A DNA stretch of 64,000 bases from an uncultured delta proteobacterium (GTDB taxonomy: Bacteria > Desulfobacterota > Binatia > UBA9968), in assembly GCA_963771465.1 (NCBI GenBank), contig CAVYTU010000017.1, positions 448,001-512,000 on the forward strand, given 5' to 3'. The translations under genes were made by a program, and so were the position numbers. The notes under the pieces are model-generated. The model ran no database searches. It saw only the letters and a list, made by a program, of their open reading frames with translations, and was not told the origin of the DNA. Positions 39,860 through 50,980 of the stretch are shown in pieces. Position 1 is the stretch's first letter, and every line of letters starts with the position of its first letter.

Positions 39860-41661
39860 TAATTCTTCTCCTCCAGCAGTGCTTTTAAGTCGTCGGGCAT
39901 TTCCGGGAGTGGCTCCTGAGATAGGCTCATTTCACCGTCCTTGCGGCGGACGATGATATTGAGTTTTGCATATTTAGCATCGGTGTTGGGAAAGTCGTCG
40001 CGCGTGTGGCCGCCGCGGCTTTCTTTCCTCTCGATCGCCGCCAGGGTCGCCGCCTCGGAGAAATTCAAAAGCGAATGGAGATCGAGGGCGAGATGCCAGC
40101 CGGGGTTATAATGCCGATTGCCTGCAACTTTGACGTTGTTCGACCGCTCTTTTAATTGTTGAATAATCATCAGCGCCTGATTGAGTTCCGATTCCGTGCG
40201 AATGATGCCGACCAAATTCTGCATGCATTCCTGCAAATCGGCGTGGATCGTGTACGGGTTCTCGTTTCCCTTACTTTCGAAGGGTGCGAGCATCTCGCGG
40301 GCGTAGCCGTCGACCTGGTCGTTATCGAGTGACACCGTGGTGGTGACGGTTTTACAATATTCAGCGGCATAAAGCCCGGCGCGCCGGCCGAAAACCAACA
40401 AGTCGGAGAGCGAGTTGCCACCCAAGCGATTGGCGCCATGTAAGCCTGCGGCGACTTCGCCGGCGGCGAATAGCCCTGGGACGGTGGTCGCGGTCGTATC
40501 GGCGTCGACGCGCACGCCGCCCATCGAGTAATGACAGGTCGGCCCGACTTCCATCGGCTCGGCTGTGATATCGACGTCGGCAAGCTCTTTGAACTGGTGA
40601 TACATGGACGGCAAGCGGCGCCGGATGTAATCCGCTGGCCGGCGCGACGCGATATCTAAGAAGACGCCGCCGTGCGGTGTGCCGCGGCCGGCTTTGACTT
40701 CGGAATTGATCGCGCGGGCGACTTCATCGCGCGGCAGCAGGTCCGGCGTGCGCCGGTTGTTGCGCTTGTCGTCATACCAGCGCTCGGCTTCTTCAATGGT
40801 CTCGGCGGTCTCGGCTTTGAAAAAATCCGGGATGTAGTTGAACATGAAGCGTTCGTTTCTAGTATTTTTCAAAGTGCCGCCGTCACCGCGCACGCCTTCG
40901 GTGACTAGAATGCCGCGCACGCTCGGCGGCCAGACCATGCCGGTGGGATGGAACTGCATGAACTCCATGTCCATCAGATCGGCGCCGACATCCGACGCCA
41001 TGGTGACGCCGTCGCCGGTGTATTCCCACGAATTTGACGTGACCTTCCACGCCTTGCCGCCGCCGCCGGTGGCGAGCACCACGGCTTTGCATTTGAACAG
41101 AATAAACTTACCGCTCTCGCGCCAGTAACCGAAGGCGCCGCTGATCCGGCCAGCGTCGGTGAGTAGCCGCTGCAGGTTACACTCCATATAGACGTCGATG
41201 CCTTTATGCACCGCGTGCTGTTGCAGAGTCCGGATCATTTCCAAGCCGGTGCGGTCGCCGACGTGGGCGAGCCGGGCGTACCGGTGGCCGCCGAAGTCAC
41301 GCTGCAGGATCAAGCCTTCTTTTGTCCGGTCGAAAAGAGCGCCCCATTCCTCCAGTTCGAGCACGCGGTCGGGCGATTCTTGCGCATGGATTTGCGCCAT
41401 GCGCCAGTTATTCAAAAGTTTGCCGCCGCGCATGGTGTCGCGAAAGTGTACCTTCCAGTTATCTTCCGGGTAGACGTTGCCCATCGCCGCGGCGATGCCG
41501 CCTTCGGCCATCACCGTATGCGCTTTACCGAGAAGCGATTTGCAGACCAGAGCGGTTTTTGCGCCTTGGGCCGAGGCTTCGACCGCGGCGCGCAGACCGG
41601 CGCCGCCGGCGCCGACGACGACGACGTCGTATTCATGAGTTTCGTACTTCGCTTCAGCCAT
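39859..41661 (-). CDS. sdhA: Succinate dehydrogenase/fumarate reductase flavoprotein
   Basis: GAGGAG, KAHTVMAEGG, QFHPTG, HGANRLGGNSL, ESRGGH. Confidence 0.93.
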   Translation of the reverse strand: MAEAKYETHEYDVVVVGAGGAGLRAAVEASAQGAKTALVCKSLLGKAHTVMAEGGIAAAMGNVYPEDNWKVHFRDTMRGGKLLNNWRMAQIHAQESPDRVLELEEWGALFDRTKEGLILQRDFGGHRYARLAHVGDRTGLEMIRTLQQHAVHKGIDVYMECNLQRLLTDAGRISGAFGYWRESGKFILFKCKAVVLATGGGGKAWKVTSNSWEYTGDGVTMASDVGADLMDMEFMQFHPTGMVWPPSVRGILVTEGVRGDGGTLKNTRNERFMFNYIPDFFKAETAETIEEAERWYDDKRNNRRTPDLLPRDEVARAINSEVKAGRGTPHGGVFLDIASRRPADYIRRRLPSMYHQFKELADVDITAEPMEVGPTCHYSMGGVRVDADTTATTVPGLFAAGEVAAGLHGANRLGGNSLSDLLVFGRRAGLYAAEYCKTVTTTVSLDNDQVDGYAREMLAPFESKGNENPYTIHADLQECMQNLVGIIRTESELNQALMIIQQLKERSNNVKVAGNRHYNPGWHLALDLHSLLNFSEAATLAAIERKESRGGHTRDDFPNTDAKYAKLNIIVRRKDGEMSLSQEPLPEMPDDLKALLEEKN

Positions 41662-42425
41662 TAGAAAAACCTCACATCATAAATCACGCCGCTGGCGAGC
41701 AGGCGCACGTAAAGATCGGCCAGGCCCACCCAGACCAGGCTTACCCACGCATACTCCATATGTTTCTCATTGAGCCCGCTGATGAACGTCCAGGTTTTGT
41801 ACTTGCCGGGCGCGCTGTGAAACGAATTCAAATAGCCGCCGCAAACATGGCGGCAGGAGTTGCAGGAAAAGCTAAAAAGCGAGAGTAGCGCGGCGTTGAT
41901 ACCGAGAACGATGGTGCCGAGGCCCATGCCAAAGCCATCGGGGAAGCGGAAAGCGAGCAGAAAATCCCACCAAAGAAATGCCAGAATGAGCAACGAAAGA
42001 TAGAAAAAATAGCGATGAATATTTTGCAGCAGGAAAGGAAAGCGGGTTTCTCCGCTATAGCTCTTGGCCGCGTCGCGCACGGCGCACGCCGGCGGTGATT
42101 GAAAGAACGCGCGATAGTAAGCTTTGCGATAGTAATAACAGGTAGCGCGAAAACCGCCGGGCACCCAGAGGATCAAGAATGCCGGCGAGAGGTTCCACCA
42201 CGAACCGATTAGCGGCAGCGTCACATGGCTACAATTCGCCGAAATACACGGGGAATAAAAGGGTGACAGGTAAGGCGCCGCGTAGTAATTGGCGTTTTGC
42301 AACGCGGCCCAGGTCGCGTAGATGCCGAAACCGCCCAAGACCACGACTACCATCAGCGGCTCGACCCACCAATTGTCTTTTCTGAGGGTGCGAAATTGAT
42401 CCAGCGTCAGACTTTTATCAGCCAC
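41661..42425 (-). CDS. Succinate dehydrogenase membrane anchor (mycobacterial Sdh1/Rv0249c-like)
   Basis: YLSPFYSPC, FRATCYYYRKAYYRAF, QNIHRYF, SCRH; several TM helices; upstream of sdhAB. Confidence 0.8.
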   Translation of the reverse strand: MADKSLTLDQFRTLRKDNWWVEPLMVVVVLGGFGIYATWAALQNANYYAAPYLSPFYSPCISANCSHVTLPLIGSWWNLSPAFLILWVPGGFRATCYYYRKAYYRAFFQSPPACAVRDAAKSYSGETRFPFLLQNIHRYFFYLSLLILAFLWWDFLLAFRFPDGFGMGLGTIVLGINAALLSLFSFSCNSCRHVCGGYLNSFHSAPGKYKTWTFISGLNEKHMEYAWVSLVWVGLADLYVRLLASGVIYDVRFF

Positions 42426-42645
42426 GAGTGTGATTCCTTTAGTCCGTAAATTTACCTAATCATTGATTCCGTATCTGGATGTCGTTTCCCTGTCAAGCAA
42501 GGACATCGGCGGTGAACTGCCCGCGCTCAGTCGGCATACGAGCGTGGTTTATCCCGTCACAATCAGCGAAAAAACCGCGCTTAGAATTTCATCGAAAATC
42601 GAAAAGAAGGTGACGAACGGTGCGGGGTGCGATCGCGTCGCCGGT

Positions 42646-42744
42646 CTACTTTGCTTGGTCCGCCGCGCAGGATTTACTCTCGCCGTTGCGGTTATTGATG
42701 CAAACGTGGAGAGGGCGGATATAAGGCTGCTGTCTTTCGATCAT
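42646..42744 (-). pseudogene. Possible remnant of a thioredoxin-like [2Fe-2S] ferredoxin
   Basis: RBS GGGAG + MIERQQPYIRPLHVCINNRNGESKSCA, stop after 32 codons. Confidence 0.3.
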
Positions 42745-43029
42745 GGAACTCCCTTCCCGTGACAACTAGAATTTTTATAGCAGAAAAAAAAATCGATTGC
42801 ACGCGGGCGGTTACCGGGAAAGCCAGACATCAGCACGGTAATCTCTATCAACTAGCCACCCGATTGCGAAAATCAGGCCGCTATTTTGCGTGCTTGTGAG
42901 GACTCTGCCGGGGGGACCGTTTTCGCTGGGCGCTGCAGTTCAGATAATTGCATGCGCCGAGCGCGGCCGGTCAATGCTCGTAGGTTTCTGAAGTCGGCCG
43001 TTCGATGCCGAGATTTTGCATTTTATGAA

Positions 43030-43823
43030 ACGAGCGCTCCTGCAGGACACGCAACATCTTGGCTTGGGTAGACAATGGCATGTCGCCAATTTCATCGAGA
43101 AAAAGTGAACCGGCCTGTTCGAATTTACCCCGGCGGCGGGCGATCGCCCCCGTAAAGGCCCCTTTTCGTGGCCGAACAGCTCGCTTTCGATCAGCATTTC
43201 CGTTAATGCTGCGCAGTTTACATCGACAAACGGTTTAACCGCGCGGCGGCTCGCAAAGTGCAGGGCCTTGGCGATTAGTTCTTTGCCCGTGCCACTCTCC
43301 CCGATGATTAGCACAGTCGCGTCTCGCCGCGCCGCGTGTTCGATCATATCTCGAACCTGCGTCATAGCAGCCGAGCTGCCGAGGATATGATCCAATCGAT
43401 AACGCTGGCCGACCTCTAGACGCAGCCTGCTTAATTCCTGCTGATGGCTGGAGAGCTTGATGGCGTTATTCAATGAGACAATCAATCGTTGGTGATCCAA
43501 AGGTTTACTCAGTAATCGATGGCGCTAGCTTGGATCGCTTTGACCGCGTCATCCACGGCATTCGAAGCCGGGACGACCAGCGCTGGCGTATCGGGTAAGC
43601 GCTGCCGTGCCTTTGCCACTAAATCCAACCCGCTAACATCAGGCAAGTGGAGATCGACGATCAAAACGTCGGGTTTTTCGTTTGCCAGCGCGACCAAAAA
43701 CTCTCTACCGGTGCCGACGACGTGGACATCGTATCCCGCCGCTTGTGCGATGGATTGTAGCAGCCGGCCTGACGGCGCATCATCTTCAACGTAGAGGATA
43801 TGCATCTTGCCAAAATCTTCCAT
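43030..43823 (-). pseudogene. NtrC-type sigma54 response regulator, frameshifted and truncated
   Basis: REC domain, shift at ~43510 (IDY/LSKP), [18 protein letters not shown], shift to AFTGA...[22 protein letters not shown], then lost; no HTH. Confidence 0.8.
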
Positions 43824-43978
43824 CGTAGATCCCTTCGTTCAGCCCTTTTCAATGGATGTTTTGTTGTCCAGCTTGCCGGGGTCGTGCTAACTGGGATCAA
43901 TGAAATTGTCATCTGTCGCCGTTTTTAACGCAAGCTCTCGTTTCCTTAAATTACTCATTGTGCTAACTCAATTAATTG

Positions 43979-44668
43979 ATGAATGCCCTCGAAAAACTTA
44001 ATGTTGCGATTGTCCGCTGCCGCCGATGTCCACGGTTGGTTCGCTGGCGCGAAGCCTGCGCAAATGATCCGCCACGCCGATTCACTGGCCAGGACTATTG
44101 GGCAAAACCCCTGGCGGCATTCGGCGATCCTAAGGCGCGACTGTTGATTATCGGGCTTGCGCCGGCCGCTCACGGCGGCAATCGCACCGGGCGAATGTTC
44201 ACCGGTGATCGTAGCGGTGATTGGCTGTATGCAGCACTTCATAGCGCAGGATTTGCACTCCACCCGCACTCTAATCATCGCATGGACGGTCAAAAACTTA
44301 AGAATTGTCTTATTACGGCGGCGGTTCGCTGTGCGCCACCGGGCAACAAGCCCAGCTTAAGCGAGTTTAAACGCTGCCGCGCCTATTTGGTTCAGGAACT
44401 CGCGCTCATGCGCTCGCAGTTGGAGGTTGTCATAGTTCTCGGTAAGATCGCGTTCGATGCTTTTCTTAAGTCTTATCAAGAGGATGGCTGCGCGTTGCCC
44501 AAACCGCGCCCGAAGTTTGGCCATGGGGTCGCAATTCGACTGCCAGCTGGGCCATTGTTAATTTGCTCGTATCATCCGAGCCAGCAGAATACCTTTACCG
44601 GCAAGCTGACGCGGCCTATGTTTGATGCAGTCTTCGAACGGGCGCGCGCGGCGCTAGAAAAAGAATAG
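43979..44668 (+). CDS. Uracil-DNA glycosylase family 5 (UdgB-like)
   Basis: CRRCPRL, GLAPAAHGGNRTG, RCAPP, YHPSQQNT. Confidence 0.9.
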   Translation: MNALEKLNVAIVRCRRCPRLVRWREACANDPPRRFTGQDYWAKPLAAFGDPKARLLIIGLAPAAHGGNRTGRMFTGDRSGDWLYAALHSAGFALHPHSNHRMDGQKLKNCLITAAVRCAPPGNKPSLSEFKRCRAYLVQELALMRSQLEVVIVLGKIAFDAFLKSYQEDGCALPKPRPKFGHGVAIRLPAGPLLICSYHPSQQNTFTGKLTRPMFDAVFERARAALEKE

Positions 44669-44760
44669 GTGGTCGGCCTTTGGCGCGGTGTTTCAACGGC
44701 TCAAGAGTTCAAGGTTCAGGATCGGAGTGAGAAATGTAGGACGCGCTGAAGGGGGCGAGG

Positions 44761-47649
44761 ATGAGCGTTAGCAGGGATTATTTTGAGATCGAGACGGAGC
44801 TTAAAAAGCGCGTCGAAGGGGATATTCACTTCGACAAGTTTTCGCGCCTGCTGTATTCCACCGATGCGTCGATTTATCAGATCGAGCCAATCGGCGTCGT
44901 GGTGCCGCGCCACAAACGTGATGTTCAGGCGGTGATCGAAGTCGCCAACCGCTTGGGCGTGTCGGTGTTATCGCGCGGCGGCGGCACTTCGCTGGCCGGA
45001 CAAGCGGTGGGCCATTCGATCGTCGTCGATTTCTCCAAATACATGCACAACGTCCTCGAAGTGAACCGCGAGGAGCTTTGGTGCCGCGTCGAGCCGGGTT
45101 TGGTGCAAGATGAATTGAACGCGCACGTGCGCGGCGCCGGCCTCCAGTTTGGCCCCGATACCTCGACTGCAAATCGAGCGACGATCGGCGGCATGGTCGG
45201 CAACAATTCCTCCGGCGCCCATTCTCTCACCTACGGTAAAACCTTGGATCACGTCCTCGAGCTGACCGTGTTGCTCGCCGATGGCAGCGAAGTCGTCCTG
45301 AAAGATCTATCGCCGTCTGAAGTGGAGCGCAGAAGCAAAGCCGACACGATCGAAGGACATGCTTATCGCGAAGTGTTGCGCTCGGCGCAACAAAACAAGC
45401 ACGAAATCCTGGCGCGCTATCCAAAAATCATGCGCCGCGTCTCAGGCTACAATTTAGACGAATTCATCAAACCACAGCCTTTCAACCTCGCGCGCATGAT
45501 CACGGGCTCTGAAGGAACATTGGCGACCATCGTCGAGGCCAAGATGCGTCTGGTGCCGAAACCGAAATGGACGGCCATGGATGTGATTCATTTCAACGAC
45601 GAGATCGCGGCGCTGGAGTGTGCGCAGATCGTCTTGCAAACCAAGCCTTACGCGATGGAGTCGACGGACAAAATGATTCTCAATCTGGCGCGCGGCAATA
45701 TCGAGCAGTCGCGCAAGTTGGGGTTTGTCCAGGGAACGCCGGATTCTTTGCTTATGGTCGAGTACGCTGGCGAGACCGAAGCCGATGTTAGAGCCCAGGT
45801 GGAGAAACTCGAAGACGTCCGCAAGCGCGAGAAGATTGGCTATGCCTCGACCTTGGCGTTCAGGCCGGAAGAAGTCAAAGCGATCTGGGGTGTGCGCAAA
45901 GCCGGATTGGGTCTCTTGCTCGGCACCAAGGGCGACAAGAAGCCGATCGCCTTCGTCGAAGACACCGCGGTGGAACCGGCCAGGTTGCCGGAGTTTATCA
46001 AACGTTTTCGCGAAGTCGTCGCGCGCCACGATACCGTGGCCGGCTATTACGGCCATTGCTCGGTTGGCTGTATGCACATCCGCCCGCTGATCAATCTCAA
46101 GGACGAGAGCGAGCGGAAAAAGATGGTTTCCATCGCCAACGCGATTTCCGATCTCGTGTTGGAGTTCAACGGCTCCATGTCGGGCGAGCATGGCGACGGT
46201 CTGGCGCGTAGCCACTTTAATCAAAAGCTGTTCGGCCCGGCGCTTTACGAAGCGTTTCGCCAGGTGAAGCGCGCCTTCGATCCAAAAAATATCATGAACC
46301 CCGGCAAGATCGTCGATGCGCCGGCGATGACCGAGTCGCTGAAGATTAGCCCGCAATATAAAACCTGGGAACCGCGCACGACTTTGGATTTTGCTGAACA
46401 GGGCGGCTTCGCGCGTGCCGTCGAAATGTGCAGCGGCATGGGCGAGTGCCGCAAGAAACTCGACGGCACCATGTGTCCGTCCTACATGGGCACCCTCGAC
46501 GAAGAGCACTCGACGCGCGGCCGGGCCAATGCGCTGCGCAACGTGATCGCCGGTCTGGTTCCCAAAGAAGAATTCACCGGCAAGCGTCTGTACGACGTGA
46601 TGGATCTCTGTCTCGAATGCAAAGCGTGCAAGGCCGAGTGCCCGTCCAACGTCGATATGGCGAAATTAAAATACGAATTTCTCGACCACTACCATCGCGC
46701 CAATGGTTTGCCGTTGCGCAATCGAATATTCGGTGCCATCGAGACGCTCAATCGTTTGGGTTCAGCGCTTGCGCCGGTTTCCAACTGGATCGCCAACTCA
46801 TTGCCGAATCGCTGGTTGCTGGAAATCTTCACCGGCATCGATCACCGCCGGCCATTGCCGCAGTTCGCCAGCGAGAGTTTTGAAGCTTGGTTTGCCACGC
46901 ACAAGGTCGTAGGGGATGGCGCAAACGGGGAAGTAGTTTTGTTCCACGATACCTTTAATAACTACAACACGCCGAACGTCGCCATCGCGGCGACGCGTTT
47001 TTTGGAAAAATCGGGTTATCGCGTCTTGCTGGTCGACAAAAAGTGCTGCGGCCGGCCGATGATTTCCAAGGGGATGCTCAGCCAAGCCAAAGAAAATGCC
47101 GCTTGGAACGTGGAAAAACTCGCGCCGTTCGCCGGCAAGGGAACGCCGATTATCGGATTGGAGCCGTCGTGCTTGCTCACGCTGCGCGACGAATATTCCG
47201 AGTTCGTCCGCACCGAAGCAGCAAAGTTAGTCGCGGCGAACAGTTTTCTGCTCGAAGAATTCGTTATGCGCGAAGTGAACGCGGGCAAAATAGATTTCAA
47301 TTCGAATGCCAAAGGTAAGAAGGCATTGTTGCACGGCCACTGTCATCAAAAAGCTCTAGTCGGCACCGCGCCGACGGTGGCGATGCTCAAAGCCGCGGGC
47401 TACGAAGTGAGTGAAGTCGACTCAGGCTGCTGCGGCATGGCGGGATCGTTTGGCTTTGAGAAAGAGCATTACGAATTGTCGACCAAGATCGGCAACCGCC
47501 GACTCGTGCCGGCGGTCAAAGCAGTTGGCGCGGACGTTGAGGTCGTCGCTCCAGGGATATCTTGTCGCCAGCAGATCGATCATCTGGCGGGTAGACGTGC
47601 GAAGCATCCGGCGGAGTTGTTATGGGAAGTGCTGAGTGCAGAGTGCTGA
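44761..47649 (+). CDS. FAD-binding/Fe-S oxidoreductase (GlcD/GlpC fusion, YdiJ-like)
   Basis: [29 protein letters not shown], two CCG domains. Confidence 0.9.
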   Translation: MSVSRDYFEIETELKKRVEGDIHFDKFSRLLYSTDASIYQIEPIGVVVPRHKRDVQAVIEVANRLGVSVLSRGGGTSLAGQAVGHSIVVDFSKYMHNVLEVNREELWCRVEPGLVQDELNAHVRGAGLQFGPDTSTANRATIGGMVGNNSSGAHSLTYGKTLDHVLELTVLLADGSEVVLKDLSPSEVERRSKADTIEGHAYREVLRSAQQNKHEILARYPKIMRRVSGYNLDEFIKPQPFNLARMITGSEGTLATIVEAKMRLVPKPKWTAMDVIHFNDEIAALECAQIVLQTKPYAMESTDKMILNLARGNIEQSRKLGFVQGTPDSLLMVEYAGETEADVRAQVEKLEDVRKREKIGYASTLAFRPEEVKAIWGVRKAGLGLLLGTKGDKKPIAFVEDTAVEPARLPEFIKRFREVVARHDTVAGYYGHCSVGCMHIRPLINLKDESERKKMVSIANAISDLVLEFNGSMSGEHGDGLARSHFNQKLFGPALYEAFRQVKRAFDPKNIMNPGKIVDAPAMTESLKISPQYKTWEPRTTLDFAEQGGFARAVEMCSGMGECRKKLDGTMCPSYMGTLDEEHSTRGRANALRNVIAGLVPKEEFTGKRLYDVMDLCLECKACKAECPSNVDMAKLKYEFLDHYHRANGLPLRNRIFGAIETLNRLGSALAPVSNWIANSLPNRWLLEIFTGIDHRRPLPQFASESFEAWFATHKVVGDGANGEVVLFHDTFNNYNTPNVAIAATRFLEKSGYRVLLVDKKCCGRPMISKGMLSQAKENAAWNVEKLAPFAGKGTPIIGLEPSCLLTLRDEYSEFVRTEAAKLVAANSFLLEEFVMREVNAGKIDFNSNAKGKKALLHGHCHQKALVGTAPTVAMLKAAGYEVSEVDSGCCGMAGSFGFEKEHYELSTKIGNRRLVPAVKAVGADVEVVAPGISCRQQIDHLAGRRAKHPAELLWEVLSAEC

Positions 47650-47657
47650 GTCCTGAG
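47628..47657 (+). repeat. Left 7-nt tandem array flanking the four-helix-bundle gene
   Basis: AGTGCTG AGTGCAG AGTGCTG AGTCCTG AG. Confidence 0.85.
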
Positions 47658-47675
47658 AAAGAGGTGATCGCAGTT

Positions 47676-48077
47676 ATGACCAGTGACACAGGAAGAAAAG
47701 TTGAAAAGTTTGAAGATTTGATCGCTTGGCAAAGGGCTCGTGGATTGACGATGAAAATATATCAAGTGAGCCGAAAAGGTGAGTTCGGCAGAGACTACCG
47801 ATTGTCAGGCCAGATTCAAGGAGCGGCCGTATCGGTCATGTCCAACATCGCTGAAGGATTTGAGCGCGGTGGTTTCGGTGAGTTCCATCAGTTTCTGTCG
47901 ACCGCAAAGGCGTCGTGCGCCGAAGTTCGATCGCAACTATACGTTGCACTCGATGTCGGCTACATAAACGATAAGTCATTTCAGGAATTACGCGATCAAG
48001 CGGAACAGGTCGGTCGGATTGTCGGCGGTCTGAGAGCTTCAATTGCGAGGCTAAGACGAGCAAGAAGTCCTGACTAA
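47676..48077 (+). CDS. Four helix bundle protein (23S rRNA IVP / TIGR02436 family)
   Basis: [45 protein letters not shown]; RBS GAGGTG. Confidence 0.93.
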   Translation: MTSDTGRKVEKFEDLIAWQRARGLTMKIYQVSRKGEFGRDYRLSGQIQGAAVSVMSNIAEGFERGGFGEFHQFLSTAKASCAEVRSQLYVALDVGYINDKSFQELRDQAEQVGRIVGGLRASIARLRRARSPD

Positions 48078-48109
48078 AAAGTGCTGACGAAGGCGGCCTT
48101 CTATCCTAA

Positions 48110-48140
48110 CTCAGGACTCAGCACTCAGGACTCACAACTC
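48110..48140 (-). repeat. Right 7-nt tandem array, inverted relative to the left array
   Basis: C TCAGGAC TCAGCAC TCAGGAC TCACAAC TC. Confidence 0.85.
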
Positions 48141-48199
48141 GTTGCCCGGAACTCACGTTTCAGCTTGACCCTATTGGCCGAAAAACTAATAATTGCTTT

Positions 48200-49399
48200 A
48201 TGGCAAAATCATTTCTACGCGTGGCCGTACTCTTGACGTTAGCGTTTCAGTTGGTCGGTTGCGCCGGCCAAGGATTAGATGGGCCTGCAGGACAAACCCC
48301 GGCGCCTGCGCCGGCTGCGCCCAAGCCGCCGCCACCCGCGCCGCTTCCTGAATATCGTGGACCGGCGACGCGGTCGTTCTTGATGGGATTTACCCAGTGG
48401 CCGGCCGATCTCACTGACGAGGGAATCGCGATCGCTCGCGATTACGCTCACGCGCACGGTGATATCGTTTCAGTGACATTCATCGGCGGTATTCCGTGGC
48501 CTGAAGCGTACGACGGCAAGCCATTCTCCAAGGACGTTCAAGACAATATGAGTTACCGCCCGCCGGCGGGTACGAAGCTGTTTCTTTCGATCTCGCCGCT
48601 CAATAAAGATCGCCGCGCGCTCGCGCCTTATTGGGGCGACGCGGAGAATCAGCCCTTGCCGAAACCTTGGGACACAGAGCCGCTCAATAGTCCGAAGGTC
48701 AAGCGGGCATTTCTCAATTTCGTCCTGCGCGCGGTGGACACTATGCGGCCGGATTTTCTCGCCATCGGTGTCGAATCCAATATCTTGTTGTCGCGCGACC
48801 TCAACACGTGGCGGCAGTTGAAAGAACTGCATCGCGACACCTACACCGCGGTTAAAAAGGTGCACAAAGGGCTGCCGGTTTTCTTCACCACCGATGTGCT
48901 GCACTACCGCCGCTTGACGCGTGACGCGAAAGGATCGGATCAGGAAAAAGAAGTTGCTGAAATGATGCGCTACAGCGACCGATTTGCCATGAGCCTTTAT
49001 CCGCATATGAGCCCGGAAGTTCCGCGGCCTATAACGGCGAGCTTCCTCGAGTTCGCAACCCGTTTCAAGAAAACCATCGTTGTCGCCGAAAGCGGCATGA
49101 CGTCACGCAACGTCGATCTCAAATCCTACGGCGCCACGTTGTTTGGTTCAGACGCAGACCAAATGCATTTCATCGAGACATTGCTCAAGACGGCGGCGCG
49201 CGACAATTACGAGTTCGTCATCAACTTTTCCACCACCGACTCCGATCGTCTGGTCGCCCGACTACGCCCGCCGCTCGATGACCTCGCGCGCATCTGGGCT
49301 TACACCGGCATGCAAACCAGCGACAATCATCCCAAGCCGGCGTCCGCGGTGTGGGACGGTTATTTTCGCGCCAAGTATGAGCAGGGGAAGTGGTGGTGA
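48200..49399 (+). CDS. Lipoprotein with Pro-rich linker and putative glycoside-hydrolase-like TIM barrel
   Basis: Lipobox LVGC, PAPAPAAPKPPPPAP, FLAIGVE and VVAESG as candidate acid/base and nucleophile motifs. Confidence 0.6.
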   Translation: MAKSFLRVAVLLTLAFQLVGCAGQGLDGPAGQTPAPAPAAPKPPPPAPLPEYRGPATRSFLMGFTQWPADLTDEGIAIARDYAHAHGDIVSVTFIGGIPWPEAYDGKPFSKDVQDNMSYRPPAGTKLFLSISPLNKDRRALAPYWGDAENQPLPKPWDTEPLNSPKVKRAFLNFVLRAVDTMRPDFLAIGVESNILLSRDLNTWRQLKELHRDTYTAVKKVHKGLPVFFTTDVLHYRRLTRDAKGSDQEKEVAEMMRYSDRFAMSLYPHMSPEVPRPITASFLEFATRFKKTIVVAESGMTSRNVDLKSYGATLFGSDADQMHFIETLLKTAARDNYEFVINFSTTDSDRLVARLRPPLDDLARIWAYTGMQTSDNHPKPASAVWDGYFRAKYEQGKWW

Positions 49400-49418
49400 T
49401 TCTCAGCGGTGAAATCTT

Positions 49419-49606
49419 ATGCCTGAAACTCTACTCTTCGCTTTCTGGTTTGCTGAAGTCATCTTTTTTCTATGCGCAGCGGCATAGGTCCTTGGTCAGA
49501 GGAATTCGTACCCCGGTACGTCTGGTTCGGTTTGGCTGGAGCGATGATTCTGCTCGCCCTTTTGGTTTTGGGCATACGTCGACTTCAAGCGGAATCTGAT
49601 TCGTAA
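49419..49606 (+). CDS. Possible small membrane protein, frameshifted near a T-run
   Basis: MPETLLFAFWFAEVIFF, then other-frame GIGPWSEEFVPRYVWFGLAGAMILLALLVLG. Confidence 0.3.
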
Positions 49607-49652
49607 CTTCACCCGTCAGCACTCTTGCAGGAACTATTAGCATAGAGTTGGT

Positions 49653-49985
49653 TCACGTTGACTTGATTAACGAGTAAAACAGCACCAGCTCTTCATTTCT
49701 CCCCGCCCCGAAATCATGCGGCGTCCCTTTTGGAATGTGGCAGACGACGCCAGGCCGCAACGGGATGCGTTTGCCGTTGACGCGCAGCTGACCTGTGCCT
49801 TTGATGACGTGGCAGACGACGTCTTTGTCGTCGTGCTTGATCTGTTTGCGGTCTGAATGTTTGGTCGGGCGGAAAGCGATCAGGCCGCTGGTGAATTGCT
49901 TTTCTTTGAAGCAATCGGCGTAACGGATTTCGTCGTTGAGTTTCTTGAGGTTCTTTAACGCGGAATTGAGTTTGACAATTTTCAT
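49653..49985 (-). CDS. Cupin domain protein
   Basis: HDDKDVVCHVIKGTG...IPKGTPH. Confidence 0.8.
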   Translation of the reverse strand: MKIVKLNSALKNLKKLNDEIRYADCFKEKQFTSGLIAFRPTKHSDRKQIKHDDKDVVCHVIKGTGQLRVNGKRIPLRPGVVCHIPKGTPHDFGAGRNEELVLFYSLIKST

Positions 49986-50032
49986 GGCGCGGAAATGGCG
50001 CAGCATGCTGCGCCCTACGGTTGCTGATGGGG

Positions 50033-50980
50033 CTATTCAGTTACCGCGGCTAAAATTTCTTTGATCGCCTGTTCGGCTTGCTCATTCGGTACGCGGCTCG
50101 AGCCGACGACTTTGTGGCCGCCGCCGCCGTATTTCTTTAACAACTCGCCGACGTTCACATTTGAGGTTGGGTTGAAGATGTTGTAGCCGACCGAGATCGC
50201 GGTGGTGTTTTCGCGTTGGCTGTCGTGGGCGACTTTGACTTGGATATTGCCCTTGGGAAACAGTGTGAAGATTAAGAATCGATTGCCATCCGGAATTTCC
50301 TTGACGCCGCGCAGATCGCAATAGATGACGTTGCCTTTATAAGTCGTTCGTTCAAGCAATAGCTTGCGTAGTTTCTCCTGTTCGTTTTGGATTTGTTGGC
50401 AGCGTTGCTTGATTTCCGGATCGCTCAACGTTTCTTCGAGCGTGGTGTCGCGAAGTAGATTGATTACCTTCAACCAATAGGGTTCGTCGCCGGCATTCCT
50501 GCCATCCGTGGTCATGGAGATCAGCACGTAGCCTTGCGGATTGAGCACGTCTTCTTTTTCCAGCTTGCCGGCATCGATGCGGTCGGCTTCATGCATCAAG
50601 TGCTGCATGCGCGCCGTACCGAGAAACGCTGCAACTTGTTCAGGCGCAGTCGAATTGCCCGTTATCTGGTGCGCATTGCTTAGGTCCGTATAATATTCGA
50701 AGACCACCCGCGCCGCGCTGGGCGCCAAGCGAAAGCCGCCTCTACCGAGGATGATCGGCGTTGCGAAATTAGGCGTCGTGTTGGTGATGTGGTGATCGAA
50801 CCAGAGCGTGCAGTTGGGATGATAGGGCAGGTTGGTGATGATGTCGCCGTTGCGAATTTCAACTAGGCCGTCCTGCATGAACTTGGGCTCGACGTAGAGA
50901 TAGTCGTCGATTTGTTCGAACTTGGTGATGAGTGCGCCGCAGACGAGGCCGTCGAAGTCGGCGCGGGTGACGAGTCTCAT
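50033..50980 (-). CDS. DHH-family phosphoesterase (exopolyphosphatase-like)
   Basis: RLVTRADFDGLVC, FDHH, YGGGGH. Confidence 0.85.
   Translation of the reverse strand: MRLVTRADFDGLVCGALITKFEQIDDYLYVEPKFMQDGLVEIRNGDIITNLPYHPNCTLWFDHHITNTTPNFATPIILGRGGFRLAPSAARVVFEYYTDLSNAHQITGNSTAPEQVAAFLGTARMQHLMHEADRIDAGKLEKEDVLNPQGYVLISMTTDGRNAGDEPYWLKVINLLRDTTLEETLSDPEIKQRCQQIQNEQEKLRKLLLERTTYKGNVIYCDLRGVKEIPDGNRFLIFTLFPKGNIQVKVAHDSQRENTTAISVGYNIFNPTSNVNVGELLKKYGGGGHKVVGSSRVPNEQAEQAIKEILAAVTE

Noticed and set aside
43509-43511. TGA splitting the response regulator as possible Sec
   Set aside because: The downstream part is in a different frame (IDY-LSKP needs one extra base); it is a frameshift and there is no Cys-type motif.
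47628-48140. Short repeats as a CRISPR array or DGR
   Set aside because: Units are 7 nt and contiguous with no spacers; no cas gene, reverse transcriptase or TR/VR pair in the window.
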